Source of the DNA: Tricharina praecox
Lineage: Eukaryota
Direction of reading: 5' to 3'
DNA length: 64,000 nucleotides
Assembly: GCF_024521635.1 (NCBI RefSeq)
Contig: NW_026250403.1
Coordinates: forward strand, 2,914,001 to 2,978,000
Positions 41,941 through 54,612 of this stretch are shown in pieces; positions within the stretch are counted from its first letter, which is position 1, and every line of letters begins with the position of its first letter. The translations under genes and the position numbers were made by a program. Under the pieces are notes generated by a model. The model saw only the letters and a program-made list of their open reading frames with translations, made no database searches and was not told the DNA's origin.

Positions 41941-42762
41941 ATGGCCCCGTCGCTATCCCACCCCGCCGTAAGCCTGCTCACCACGGCGATCGCCGCAAGC
42001 GTGGGCTACTACATCGGCAAATCCTCGGGCCTGCGCAGATCCTCGGTCGTCCACGAGCTGCAGGCGAAGGCGCGGAGCGCACCCACTTCCGAGGACGAGT
42101 TTGTGCCCAAGAAGGCGGAGAAGGGGGCGGCAGCGGTAAAGGAAGAGGAGGAGGAGGAGGAGGAGGAGGAGGAGGATGGGAGCGACGAGGAGGAGGAAGA
42201 TGATAGCGACGACGACGAGAACGCAGAGGGCATCTCGTCGTTTCCCGGCAACGACGAGGATTGCAAGATGGTCTATTGATTCCTCCCCCCCTCCCCCGTC
42301 CCTCCCCCCCTCCCCCCCCCCCTCGCCTCCACTGACGCCCGCGTAGATCTTCGTAGTCCGCACAGACCTCGGGATGACGAAAGGCAAGATTGCAGCGCAA
42401 TGTGGACACGCAACACTGATGTGCTACAAGACCGCTTTACGGCTTGCGCCGGCGCTCGTGCGGCGCTGGGAGACGCGGGGCCAGACCAAGATTGCCGTGC
42501 AGCTTAAGGACGGCGGCGAGGACGCGCTCGAGGAGTTACTCGCTACCGCCATCAGTCTGGGGGTCGTCGCGAGGGTCGTAAGGGATGCTGGCAGGACTCA
42601 GATTGCGGCTGGCAGCGCGACGGTGCTGGGATTGGGGCCTGGTGAGTCTTCTTTCACAGAGGGGGGAGGGGGAGGGGAGGGGAATGCTGACGGAATGGGG
42701 GGGGGGGGGTAGCGCCGAAGAGTGTCGTCGATGCTATTTCGGGGCATTTGAAGCTTTTGTAA
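41941..42762 (+). CDS. PTH2: Peptidyl-tRNA hydrolase 2 (mitochondrial outer membrane type)
   Basis: N-terminal hydrophobic anchor, acidic linker, then CKM|IFVVRTDLGMTKGKIAAQCGHA...GQTKIAV...DAGRTQIAAGSATVLGLGP|APKSVVDAISGHLKLL*. Introns 42271-42346 and 42642-42712. Confidence 0.93.
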
Positions 42763-43724
42763 CGGATCGGTCACGAGACGGTGAAGCGGTGGGGATAGAG
42801 GCGTTTAATAGACGGATGGATAGACGGGTCGATATGAAATAACATCTGGATTTTACATTTCCCAATTCCCCTTTCGTCCATGATACCCCTCCGCACTGAT
42901 TCTTTCAACTCCCGTGCCTCCTCCTCCTACTTGAAATTATGCTCATGCATATCATCTCTCCTGCACACTATATCCATACCCCTATGGGAAGTCGGCAAGG
43001 AGGAGGATGATGGACAGGATGAACATGAGGGACATGATTAGTTGCATTTCGACGGCTTTTGAGTAGAGCGGAGTGAGGTGAAGTGAAGCTACGGTAGTGC
43101 TTGGGTTGTTTGGTCATTTGGCCGGTTGACTGGCCGGCTGGCTGCATGGATAGCTGCTGGTTGGATCAATAGACGAATAAATGGATATCTCGTAGACATG
43201 AGTACCTTTCATCCCGTTAGTGAGCATGAGCACCTGTAGGCCTCTCCGTAGGTATATATTTGTTCGGATGGGATGTCCAGCGGACTCCTTGGACCGGTCC
43301 CATAGGCCCTTCCATATCTGCAAGTGGTAGGTGATATTATATGTACATACTTTTTTACTTCATGACCAGAGAAAGAAGAAGTAGAGTCAGTGAAGTAATG
43401 ACAAGAGAAAGAAGTAGAGTCAAAGTGAAGCAATGACAAGAGAGGTAGGTAGGAAGGTAGGAAATGTGCCGACTGGCAGTTGTAACAAGACACACACAAA
43501 CAAACAAACAAACAAACAAACAAACACTATAGGTACAAGTATCCCCAAAACGCCATGACCGTATGATACAATACAATGTGTAGAACTCCAGTCCACCCAT
43601 CCCCGCCGCCTCCCAAAAACAGAAAAGAAAAGTAGGCACTTAGTCTATACTATACGCAGAACAAAAGAAACACAGACAGACAGACAGACAGAGAGAGGTT
43701 GTTGAGGTTATTGAGATTGTTGTT

Positions 43725-44948
43725 TCATCCAAACGTACCCGACGACGGCCGCACGCTTAACCGCCGATCTCGATCTCGGGATCTATCAAACTCGATACTG
43801 ACACTATCTCCATCGTCACCACCAGCGCCACTGCCTCGTATCACCGACGAAGCCGCGATGCTGCTAGTCGCATACCCAGACCTGCGTCTCGGCTGGGTGA
43901 TGATAGTAGCGCCCGACGCCGTTCTAGCCCTTGAGGGGAGATATCTGCTCCCGGCGTCGGATCTGTCAGGCGTATACCCGCCACTGGCAATCCCGCTGCC
44001 AGCGCCGGCGTCATACGAGACGAACCCGTACTCCTCGCTCGACACCGTTTCGTACCCGCCATACCCTGCCGCCGCCTCAAACAAATATCCGCGACTGCTG
44101 CGGTCGCGGTCGACCCGCACCGAGCCCTCATACTCCCTTCCGCCGTCGAGATACTCCCACCCTGGCTGGTCCTGCTGCTGGATCTCCTGCGCCGTCGGCG
44201 GCGGACTCGCGCACATCCCGGCCCTCAGCGCCCTCAGCGCCTTCATCAGCGCACGGAACTCGCTCTCCTCAACGCCCTTGCCACGGGTGCGGAACCTCGC
44301 ACGCTCATACAGCGCCACGAAAAGCTCACTCTCGTCCCTTGGGGCGAGTTCCATGGCTACCAGTCCCTCGAGCCAGGCCCTAAGCGTAGCCGTTGGCGGC
44401 CTGCTCACAACCCTCGGATCCACGTCCCCTCCGTGCACCACCAACTCCGCGGCCTCGCGCTCCAGCAGCGCCGGCAGCTCCGCCACAAGCGCCGCATACT
44501 CCACGCCGCGCAGCTCGCCGCCCGGCGGCGCCCAGCCGGGATGGTTCAGCGCGCCCCAGACCTTCTCCCCTTCCCCCTCCCCGCCAGTGGGCATACACGG
44601 CCTAGCGCCCCTGGCGACCATCGCACTCCTGGCAATCCCCCGCGTGACGACGGCATGCATACGTTTCGGCAGGTCTCGCCGCGACACGGGCGGCACGCTC
44701 TGAGGGATCGCGGCGAGGAGCCGCCGGAACGTGTACATGCGCGCCGTGTAGAGGACGGCCCCCAGCACGCCTGTCAGAAGGTAGCTGCCTGAGATCACGA
44801 AGATGTTGGCTAGTCGCGCGTGTGTGGGGAGCCGCTGCGATTGCTGGATCGTGTCCCCGAGGGGGACGAGGACCAAAGCGAGGAGGATCAGTGAGAGGAA
44901 GGTGAAGGTTGTTGAGTAGAAGAGGTGGAAGAAGGTTAGGCGTGGCAT
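43725..44948 (-). CDS. DLT1: Defect at low temperature protein 1-like membrane protein
   Basis: Intronless 407 aa with two N-terminal TM helices (FYSTTFTFLSLILLALVLVPLGD; NIFVISGSYLL...LYTARMY...LAAIP), plus HPGW and YERARF motifs, matching my recollection of fungal Dlt1. Confidence 0.75.
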   Translation of the reverse strand: MPRLTFFHLFYSTTFTFLSLILLALVLVPLGDTIQQSQRLPTHARLANIFVISGSYLLTGVLGAVLYTARMYTFRRLLAAIPQSVPPVSRRDLPKRMHAVVTRGIARSAMVARGARPCMPTGGEGEGEKVWGALNHPGWAPPGGELRGVEYAALVAELPALLEREAAELVVHGGDVDPRVVSRPPTATLRAWLEGLVAMELAPRDESELFVALYERARFRTRGKGVEESEFRALMKALRALRAGMCASPPPTAQEIQQQDQPGWEYLDGGREYEGSVRVDRDRSSRGYLFEAAAGYGGYETVSSEEYGFVSYDAGAGSGIASGGYTPDRSDAGSRYLPSRARTASGATIITQPRRRSGYATSSIAASSVIRGSGAGGDDGDSVSIEFDRSRDRDRRLSVRPSSGTFG

Positions 44949-46339
44949 GGTGGGACGGTGGGTGTGCTGGGTGCGGTGAAGGCGGCGCGGAGAACATTGG
45001 TTGTCGCTGCCGGCATCCGAGGGTGCGCTGCGGTGCGCGTGGGGTTCGGGCCGGGTCCGGGTCCGGGTCGGGTCGCTGAGATGGCCGATGGCTATCGATT
45101 TGGAGGGGGGGGGGCCGAGACTCGAGACTCGGGGCCGGCGGGGTGTGCGGTGTTTGGTGTTTGGTGGGGTGTTTTGTCGAGGTATGTACCCGTAAATGCT
45201 CGAGTGGTGAGGTTAAAGGGTGGGTGTAATCACGAATGTTCCGGTTGGGCTTAGGGCCGTTCTCGAACTTGGCGGGCGACAAGGGCGCTATTTCTTGGGG
45301 CCACGGTTGCTCACTCGGTGCTGTGTAGAGCACTAGACAGGATGCATTTGTGCACGGATGGAAATCGCAAGACGGAATCAAGTTCCATGGAGAGGACTCG
45401 ATCTGTCTCCGAGACGCGCACGTGGCCGCTACCATCCTATGTATATACCATCCGACCATCCGCGCCTTCACTCGCAGCTTTAAGCATCTACTAGCAGTCG
45501 TAGCGGCCCACCCGTAGGCCGTAGCAAGCCGGCGACTCTGGATGGATAGATCGGACCTCACGCCCCGAATCTCACGCCCCCCATCCTCACCCTCAACCGT
45601 CCCGTCCGTCAACAGTCAAACGTGCATCGCCCCGCCTTCCCCCAGCTTGGCGATGGCGACATCTTAGCTAGAATAGAGTAAAGTGCACAACGAGCCGAGC
45701 AAAGAAAGAAAGAAAAAACCCCTCAGCCCGAAGAAAGAAATAGAGCTGAGAAGGATGCGTGTGAGTGTGAGTCAGACAAAGTTTCAACAGCTACCCCAAC
45801 CCCCACAGTCAAACTCCAGGCCTGCCGAGGATGGGATGGAATGGGAACGGGATGATCAACAGAACGGATGTCAGGATGGAACTTGGAAGTATTGTACATA
45901 TACTTTAGAATAGATAAGCGACGTAGATACGGTTTGCATAGATATTACAAAACGGGACTCAACATGTCGACAGGTAACGCAGAGTAAGGATCAGGGTGGA
46001 AAGAGAAAAAAAAATTCCACACCCGATAACAAGATGTTCAGATGTTCAATCCCACAATAAACACACACGCCAGAAAGCCCGGAAACCACTCCTCGATATA
46101 AATAAAAAAAAAAAAAGATCCCCATTAACCAGAAGAAAATAAACAAAACAAACGGGCCCGAATCAAAAGAAACAAAAATGGCCTCGACGAAAATACGAAG
46201 AAACACACACGGTCCCCCCACTCCCATACTCCAGATCTCCATTTCCCATATACAGCACAGCGCACACCCAAGTCAAGTTACATACACACAGTCTCGGTCC
46301 ACATCCAACAGCTCCACCTACTTAGCTAAGTACATGGAC

Positions 46340-47055
46340 TTAATCGAGAAGCTCCTTGCGGGGGTCCTTGACGGTGAAGACGTGCGCATCGGGGTCCTCG
46401 GGACACTCGAGCATGTGGCACTCTCCGGAGCTGATGTTGTAGACCCAGCCGTGGACCTCGAGTCCGCGCTCCTCAATGGCCTCCTGGACGTTGGCGTTCT
46501 TGAGCACTGAGCGAACCTGCTCCATGACGTTGAACTCGACCAGCTTGTCGCTCTGCTGCTTAGGCGTCAAGCCGACCAGCTGCTTCTCGTACTTTGCCCG
46601 GACCTCGCGCACCCCCCGGAGCCAGCTGTCGATGAGTCCCAGCTTCTTGTTGGCGAGCGCAGCATTGACGCCTCCGCAGCCGTAGTGGCCGCACACGATG
46701 ATGTGCTGGACCTGGAGGACCTCGACGGCGTACTGGAGGACACTCAGGGAGGAGAGATCGGTCGCCGGGAGGAGGTTGGCGATGTTACGGTGGACAAAGA
46801 CCTCTCCGGGCTGGAGATCGAGAACCGTGGTCTCAGGAACGCGGGAGTCGGAGCATCCGTACCAGAGGATCTGGGGAGATTGGCCTTGCGCGAGGGCGGG
46901 AAACAGGGCGGGGTTGGTCGCGGCCGTTCGGGTAGCCCATTGGCGGTTGCGGTTGAGGATGCTGCCGAGGAGATCGTCCTGGGTGGATTCTGTGCGCATT
47001 CGGTTAGTCATGCTGGATCCATCGCGGGTGTTTCGGGTGGATAAAACGTACCCAT
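46340..47055 (-). CDS. NCE103: Beta-class carbonic anhydrase (AUG-initiated form)
   Basis: Zinc ligand motifs GCSDSRVPE, GEVFVHRNIAN and IVCGHYGCGGV. A micro-exon ATGG (47055-47052) is spliced over intron 47051-46990 (GTACGT...ACTAAC...CAG) to give MESTQDDLL. A longer upstream extension is possible (see findings). Confidence 0.93.
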
Positions 47056-48992
47056 CTTAGCGATTACTGGTGCTGGTAGGGGTAGTGGTGGTGTAGTGGG
47101 AGTGGCTGTTGTTGCGATAGCTGCTGTGGATGATTCTGCTCGCGAAGATGATGACTGCCCGGAAGACTCCTGTGCGATTTTCCTTGTTTCGTTTGTAGCG
47201 GCGGTGTCGTTCGGGGTGGAGGAGGGTTCAGTTATATACTCGGGCGGAACTTCGGTCGACAGGGGTTTTTCTCTCTTCTCGTCGGTGGTGGCGGGCGGAG
47301 GTGGAGCCGGCTGCACCGGCGCTTTCTCCTTCAGTTTAGGTTGCTTGTCGCCATTCTTCTTTCCCTTATCATCCGAACCGCCTCCAACACCTCCACGGCG
47401 CTTTAGCGCTCCGCCGATTGACCAAAAACCCGCCAGCGTGGCGATGAAACGAAAACTGGGGGGAAATAAGCTGTGGAGGGATCTGCTATCAGCCGTGACG
47501 TCTGCGACCCGTTGAGGTGTGTGTGTGAAACGATAGAAACGATAGAAACGAAAGCTACAGGGCTGGCAGGGGACAGAAGTATACTCACTTTAGGTAGGTG
47601 AAGCGGAATAAGCAGAAGGCAACACAGCAGTAGACACCGGGGGTCGAGTGGCTGCGTGTCAGAGTCAGACCGAGGCCGAGACGGATGATGTATGGAGGCC
47701 GAAACAGGGAAGTGGAAGAAGCTGAAGCCCGGGTGTTGGTAAGTGATGTATTGGTTGTAGAGTAATGTGTTATTTGACGATGATGTCGCTGATGGTACAG
47801 ATATCGTCAGAAACTTTGTCGAGCGACAATGTGATGATGATGATGATGATGATGGGAGAAGGGGATGTCACGGCGTTCTTATGCCCGCGGGTTATTATTA
47901 TTATTATAACCCACTGGGGGTGTGGGGGGGGGAGGGCGGGACAACTCCGAGACAGGCAAGCCAAGGGATTTTCTTTCCGATTTTCAATGCACAGCTCGAG
48001 AAAGGGAGCGTAGAATCTACCGGTACGTCTGGGTATGTAGAGTGGTATGTAGGCATGGAGTATGTACATGCTGCTGCTGCTCGGTTTTGCGGTGGAGACC
48101 TCTACCCTACTCTCACTCTACTCTACCTGCCCTTGACTCCTGTCCAGTGTCCAGACCCACAGGGCAATTGGCGCGGGGATGTTCTTTGTATGCGGTGTCT
48201 TACCTGCAGGCCTACATCGAGAAGGTTTGTTCTCGAGTGTGGCCCCCTTGTCCTATCACTCCAGCATTTATGCGGTATTCGGTTAGTTACTCTACTCTGC
48301 TGTGGATTCTCTTCTCTCCCCCCCCTTTGCTCGATGGCGGTGTGTGGTGTTGAGTGTGGTGGCGGTGGTTTTGTTGGGATATGAGAGGCTGGCCAGGTAT
48401 CCGGAGATCGCCCTGACCCTGCATGTTTGCGAGGACGGCGGGCAGTCCAGCGGGCTTGGGCACTTTGGACGTCATGGCTGATTCGGCACGGCTTTTGGTA
48501 CGCAGCAACGCAGTGCTCTATGTACTCTAGATACTCTAACGCAGTGGAGCACGAGCACAAAGCCCGCTGTTGCTCTAGAGTAGGTACTTCCTCAGGTATC
48601 TACTTCCTCACATGAAGCCAAAGAGAGTGGCGGCAGCCTGTATGCGGGCTCCAACCACCAATCAACTACTAGCTACATCCTCATGCACTGCACAATGATG
48701 GCTGAACTTCGCAGCTCAGGCGGAAGTGGCTCCTCGGATCTCCACCTCCTGTTCCCACCGACCCCGCGGCGGCAAGTCGTGATTCCCGATGGTTGGAAGA
48801 TGGCCCCCACAGTCGCATCTGTTTGTCCCACGTCCAATTAGAGTCGAGCAGCATGATCACCCACCCTTCCACCCACCCACCCACACAAACACCCACACAC
48901 ACCCACCCACCAGGATGAGGGGCTTCATGTTGTGTTTCTGATTGAGTTGCGTAAGGTGTATGTAGGCAAGGAGACGACGACGGCGACGACGG

Positions 48993-49043
48993 GGAGGAGG
49001 AGGAGGAGGAGGAGGAGGAGGAGGAGGAGGAGGAAGAGGAGGA
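48993..49043 (+). repeat. (GGA)n trinucleotide microsatellite
   Basis: Long GGA run with one interruption, in intergenic DNA. Confidence 0.9.
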
Positions 49044-52000
49044 GAAAAGACGCGCCTCGGCCAAGAATGGGTTGTCTCAAATGCTGTAGAACCGTAGGAC
49101 GCCGGCCCCCGGGACGTCTTGCGTGCGTGTACTCCTCGACCCAAATTCCTGAAGCAGTGGTATTGTTGCGGCAGGGTCGCCGCCGAGACCGCCATCTATT
49201 CTTTCTTCAACCTAAACCTTAATCGACCGAGGCTGAGACGATGCTTCACCCGTGCCCGCCAAACATCGATATCGCCGACACGAGCTTCCCCAGAAATCCC
49301 ACCCAGTCAACAACGCAATCAACAACGCAAGTCACGCAGACAAGTCTCCTGACTTCCCGTGCTCGTCACCAGATATCTGACAGCCAACCGCAGATTTACT
49401 GAGAATCTATGTACGCAACCCATCCTGGCCCCGAGGCCGCATGCCGAAGTAGCATGCCGCAACTACTCTATGTTCTGCATCCGACTACCTAGCCCATTAA
49501 CAGCACCGGAATCCGTGGAAACATCCATCGAAGCAAACGTCAGACGCCCAGACAAAGGCTCACTATGCCAACCCAAAACTCCAACGCTTATCCCCATCGC
49601 GTCAACCCAGCCTTGCAGGATCTTGCTAGGAGATGTTGGACTACGCAACACAGTGAACCCAGCCGCGCCCAGCCCCGCCTCGCAGCCGCGCGGCCGCCGC
49701 GGAGGAGGAGGGGAGAGTCTGGGCGTTTGAGCGGAGCGTGGGCAGTCAGTTGGGATGTTCCCGGGTGAACAATAGAAGAGTTGAACGGCCTTGGCTATGG
49801 ATGAGGGTCGACGGGTCCAGAGCGAGGCCCATCGGCGCATATCGATGAATGCCCAGACGGGTTTGAGGGATGGGTGCTATGAGTGCTATGGACTCTGCAG
49901 ATCTTCGCTTTACGTTCCAGGAGCACTTTCTATCTGGACTGTGCTGTCGAGCATGGAATACCTATACCCTATATACGAGTCTGCGGTTGATTCTGAAGAT
50001 TCACGATGAGCTCTCATGCCACCGTCGGGCAGATATGCCTCACCCCGTTTAGAATTGTATACAAACGGAGCTCGGATTCCGGCCTCCTCCTATGTTTCTG
50101 CGGAATGTCATTGCTCCAATACCTACCTCGCGATGGAACGTATAGCTCCCGGGGCTGGCAGCTGGCGGATGGTTCATACCCAGCCTCCCCATGCACCCAT
50201 CCCATCAATCAGGATTTAGAAAGGCATCGATATCCGCGTAATTTGCCATGTAACTAACACTGAAATGACCATCCTTTCCCGAACAGAACACAGTCGCAAA
50301 TATAAGCCTTCACTGCATTTCGGCTTCCAGCAGCAGTAGCACCAGCAGCGGCACCACAGGCTCTGTCGTGCTCTCAGTGTCACGATACCACGTCAAGTAT
50401 GTCGGTAGGTGTGTACAACGTCGCACAAACTTTCAGTCTTCACCACTCGCGGTCGTGGCCGTGGCCGGTTGAGGGGGACAATTTCCCATCTTGATGATGG
50501 GATATGATAACTAAGATATGATGCTTCCTCGCCATATCCTCTCGGATTCCGCCCTTCCACTCGCCTAGGTATCATATAGTTTGATATAGTTTGACAGCTT
50601 GACTGACGTCTCCCCCCTCCCTCATACATCTCATACGAACATACACCAGGCTGCTCAATTACGGTATCAGTTATCAATAAACCTGAAACCTCCCTCTCCC
50701 AGAACGAAAGAAAGAATGAAAGAAGGAAAGTAAATCCAGAAAAGCTTAACCACTCCCGCGCGCACGCTTACCTACCTGCGTGAGCTCCGGTGGAGTAACC
50801 CCTCTCCCGCCCCCAACTACTCCACTATATGGAGAGTAGGCCACGTCCAGATTACATTGCTCTGTGTGCCTCTGTTCCCCTCTGTCTCTCTCTATCTCTC
50901 TCTATCGATACACACGTCTTTACTCTAAATTGGGCCGTCCAGCCCAGCACCCCCTGCGAGGACTGCGAGGTGTTTATCCGGCCGTCGGGAGATGCGCATG
51001 TATGTACCCCAAATATCTATGGGTATAATATGTGTGTAGACCGCTCACGACCGTGGATGGGACACGCCCCCCCCCCTCCCCCCCCAACCCAGCCCTACAT
51101 ACAAACATAACTACAAAGGGAAGAGCAGCTGGATTCGGTATCAGGTCATGGCTGCAGCCTGCGGATGTAGGTGAACGTGCAGGTGCAGGTGCGGGTGCAG
51201 GATGCAGTGGTGTTGCGGTTGGCGGTGTTGTGTCTACGGGGTATGTATTGTGTCTATGTGGGTATTGTTTGTTTGTGGTGAAGGCAGCCGAGAAGTTATT
51301 GATTGTCGGTGGCCGAGAAGTTCTGATAGTCGACTTCGGTGGACGTGAGTATTTACAGTATGTACTTACCTGGTATGTGGAGTATACACAGTGGGTACAG
51401 TGGGGAGGGATCACGGGCTGCGTGGGTAGCACTGTAACCAGAGTATCGCTGCAAATTCATTCGAATTCAAAAACGACGTAGGTAAGTGGTTATCCGGACT
51501 CATCAACGAAATTATATCCGAGGTTCTCAACTTCTCATATCCTCCATCTGCCCGTGGAGGTCCGTGAGCTCGTGATCTCACGGTGACATCTTCGTTCTTC
51601 ATACGGGGCGGTGGTTCATCTGGCGACGTGGAATCCGGTTTTTCCGGTGACGGTGATTGCCTACGGATGGTGGTTTTTCGGATGGTGGTACATGATGTGA
51701 TGTGATGATCTCCAGCGTCAACTTTGCGAGTTTTGGGTGTGTGCGTATATCCAGACTCCAGGATGGAGAGGAGGAGAGGAGGAGGCTCAGGACTCAGGAG
51801 GGTGGTTCGAGCGGGACGGGGTGTGATGTCCGCCACATGCCGGCTTCCCTCCCTCGCGATCGTGAATACCTCAGGTAGGTGGGTAGGTGGGTAGTGGGTA
51901 GTGAGCGGGGTGTCGTGCTTCATGGTCCGATGCTTTGCTCCCTCTATGTACTGTAGTCTATACAGTCTATACTAGTAGGATGTATGTGTCGACAACGTGC

Positions 52001-52516
52001 TCACCCAAGATGATAGAGTACCTATCGGACAAAGACGAAGATTGGGATGGGGATGAACCGTGGACGGAACGTGGACATGACAGGACATGAGATGTCCTCC
52101 CCCCTCTCTCCTCCCTCTCCTCCCCCAGTTCATCTGTGGTCATCCCCGTGGCCTGGAAGATAAGAGATGTTATCATATTGGCGGTGCGCGGCGGTGGTGG
52201 GGGCGCGGAAATGGCCGTGTAAGCGCTGGTCTTTCCCTACTGCTCGCAGTCCGCAGTCTGGTATTATCCTCTTTGGTCCTATGTAATGCTGCTCGATCAC
52301 TCGTGCAGTCGTGCAGTCGCGCAGTTGTGCAGGAGGACGCAAGGCATCACCACCATCCTCCATCCTCCATGTGGGTAGAGTACACTGCGCCAGATACGCG
52401 GTACAGGTAGGTACATAGCAAACCAGATAGGTAGAGTAGAGTACATGTCCAGCTGAAATGTCAGCGCGCAAGCCAGCCAGACAGACAGCCGGTGGTTCCT
52501 CTACCCTACTCTCGAT

Positions 52517-52558
52517 GGAGTTGGAGTTGGAGTTGGAGTTGGAGTTGGGGGGAGTTGG
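52517..52558 (+). repeat. (GGAGTT)n hexamer microsatellite, about 5-6 copies
   Basis: Directly visible. Confidence 0.85.
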
Positions 52559-53173
52559 GGGCCGTCTGTCATAGTTCCCCCCACGCCCCAGGCATCCGGA
52601 TCTGCATCGACAACCTACAGGCAGGACCTGGGTAAGATGCCGTGCTGCATCAAGAGCTTGAGAGAGACAAGAAGAAGCTTTTCTGTATGTACCTAAAGTA
52701 TGCACAATGCCGTTATCCGGCAGCGTGTACCTGTCGCTTCCGGATTCTTTTGACTCGTCACTCGAGGGCGGGGCCGAGGCCGAGTTACCGTTCGTGCTTT
52801 CGTGCTTGAACGAGCGAACAGAGAAGAGGCCACGGAGATAAGATAAGATAAGCCTCACACCCCTCCCCGCAGGAAAAACCTAAAAGGGACTGGGACAGGG
52901 TCTAGAAGTGGACAATGGTTTTTCGCGTTTTTGCCACCCCCGCTCCCTCACCCTCCCCGCGACCCCTCGTGACCGCCGCCAAGAAACGCGCCAACTGGCG
53001 CAAGCTCGAAACATCCATGTCGTACGAAAGCGCACTTTTACTTTTGTCTTTTTTCCGTGCAAAAATTTGAAGTAGGTACTGCAACTTCAACTGCAACTCC
53101 AGTGTTCTCCACGTCCGCACAACTCAACCACCGCGACCGACAGACGATTGAAGACCGACCGACGACCGAAGCC

Positions 53174-54612
53174 ATGGCCAAAGACACCAAGACAAAGACA
53201 AAGCCTGTCGACCCGCGCCTCATCGCCCTCGTCGGCTCGTTCCTGAAGGATCACGGACTCGACGCCAGTGCGAAGATTTACCCGCTGGATGTCAAGGCGA
53301 AGAAGTTGACGACTTCGGGCGCTGGGGCGGGGCCGAAGTCGCTGGCGGAGGCGTTGAAGGCTTGGGATAAGGCGGCTGCTGGGGCTGGGACTGGAGCACA
53401 GGAGGAGGAGGAGGATAGTGGGAATGAGAGTGATAGTGAGAGTAGCGACAGTGGCGAGGAGACCCCGGATAGCAGCGATGATGAGAGTGGAGATGAGGAT
53501 GTGGAGGCCAAGAGTGATAGCTCGGCTACGGTCAGTGGGGATGATAAAAGTGAGGTGAAGGTCAAGAAGGTCAAGGAGGAGAAGAAGGAGACCAAGGAGA
53601 AGAAGGACAAGAAGGAGGACAAGAAGGAGAAGAAGGAGGAGAAGAAGAAGGAGAAGAAGAGCGAAGACAGGTAGCAATCTACATTTGCGTTACTCTGGGT
53701 CGGGCTTGCTAACAGGTATGGCAGCAGCTCGGACTCGGACTCGGACTCCGACTCATCCAAATCGTCCGCCTCGTCTGATTCCGACTCGGACTCTGATGCG
53801 GCGTCCAAGAAGTCCGATTCTTCAGATTCGGACTCTGACTCTTCATCCTCTGTGTCGTCCGACTCCTCCTCTGATTCGGACTCTTCCAAGTCCTCCAGCT
53901 CGTCCTCATCGTCGGACTCCGATTCCGACTCCAAATCCAAGGTGGCCAAGGTGGCCAAGAAGTCCAGCAAACCCTCTACCTCTTCGGACTCTTCAGACGC
54001 CGACTCCGACTCTTCTTCGGACTCGTCGTCTGGCGCCTCTTCCTCATCCGAGTCCGATAGCTCATCCTCCTCCGACAGCTCTTCCGACTCCGATAGCTCT
54101 TCCGACTCGGACTCTTCATCATCTGACGAAGATGACAAGAAAGCCAAGAAGTCCAAGGATACCAAGAAGGACAAGAAGGACAAGAGCAAGAAGGATAAGA
54201 AGAGTGATCCCGCTCCCACTTCCGAGGAGCAGGAGGAGGAGCCCGAAACCAACAAGCGCAAGCGCAGCACCTCATCCGAGCCCGACGCTAAGAAGCCCAA
54301 GATCGAGACGCCCTCCAACAAACGTTTCTCGCGCATCAATGTGGCCGGCACAGTGTACGAGGACGAAACCCTCATGCGTAACGACTACGAGGCCGTCGGA
54401 TTCGCCGAGAACCACTATGCTGCTAGAGCTCACCAGGACTTGATTGTTACTCGTGGAAAGGGATTCACCAAGGAGAAGAATAAGGTACGTTTGCGCTTTG
54501 TGTACTGTTGTTGGTGTGGATGGATGGCTGACCACTATTACAGAAGAAGCGTGGTAGCTACAAGGGCGGTGCTATCGACTTTTCCACTAAGTCTTACAAG
54601 TTTAAGGATTAG
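53174..54612 (+). CDS. SRP40: Nucleolar Ser/Asp-rich protein Srp40/Nopp140
   Basis: LisH-like N-terminus (LIALVGSFLKDHGL), alternating S/D-rich and K-rich tracts, and SRP40_C domain YAARAHQDLIVTRGKGFTKEKNK|KKRGSYKGGAID...SYKFKD*. Introns 53671-53724 and 54486-54543. Confidence 0.9.

Noticed and set aside
43699-44703. 334-aa + strand ORF
   Set aside because: Antisense shadow of the GC-rich DLT1-like gene.
51362-51373. TACTTACCTGG resembling the U1 snRNA 5' end
   Set aside because: The downstream sequence shows no U1 stem-loops or Sm site that I can see. It is more simply a consensus splice donor on the - strand or a chance match.
51411-52858. 170-aa and 242-aa - strand ORFs between carbonic anhydrase and SRP40
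   Set aside because: No recognisable domains, and they include microsatellite-derived sequence; not supportable as genes without expression data.
53278-54375. 365-aa - strand Ser/Glu-rich ORF
   Set aside because: Antisense shadow of the low-complexity SRP40 coding sequence.
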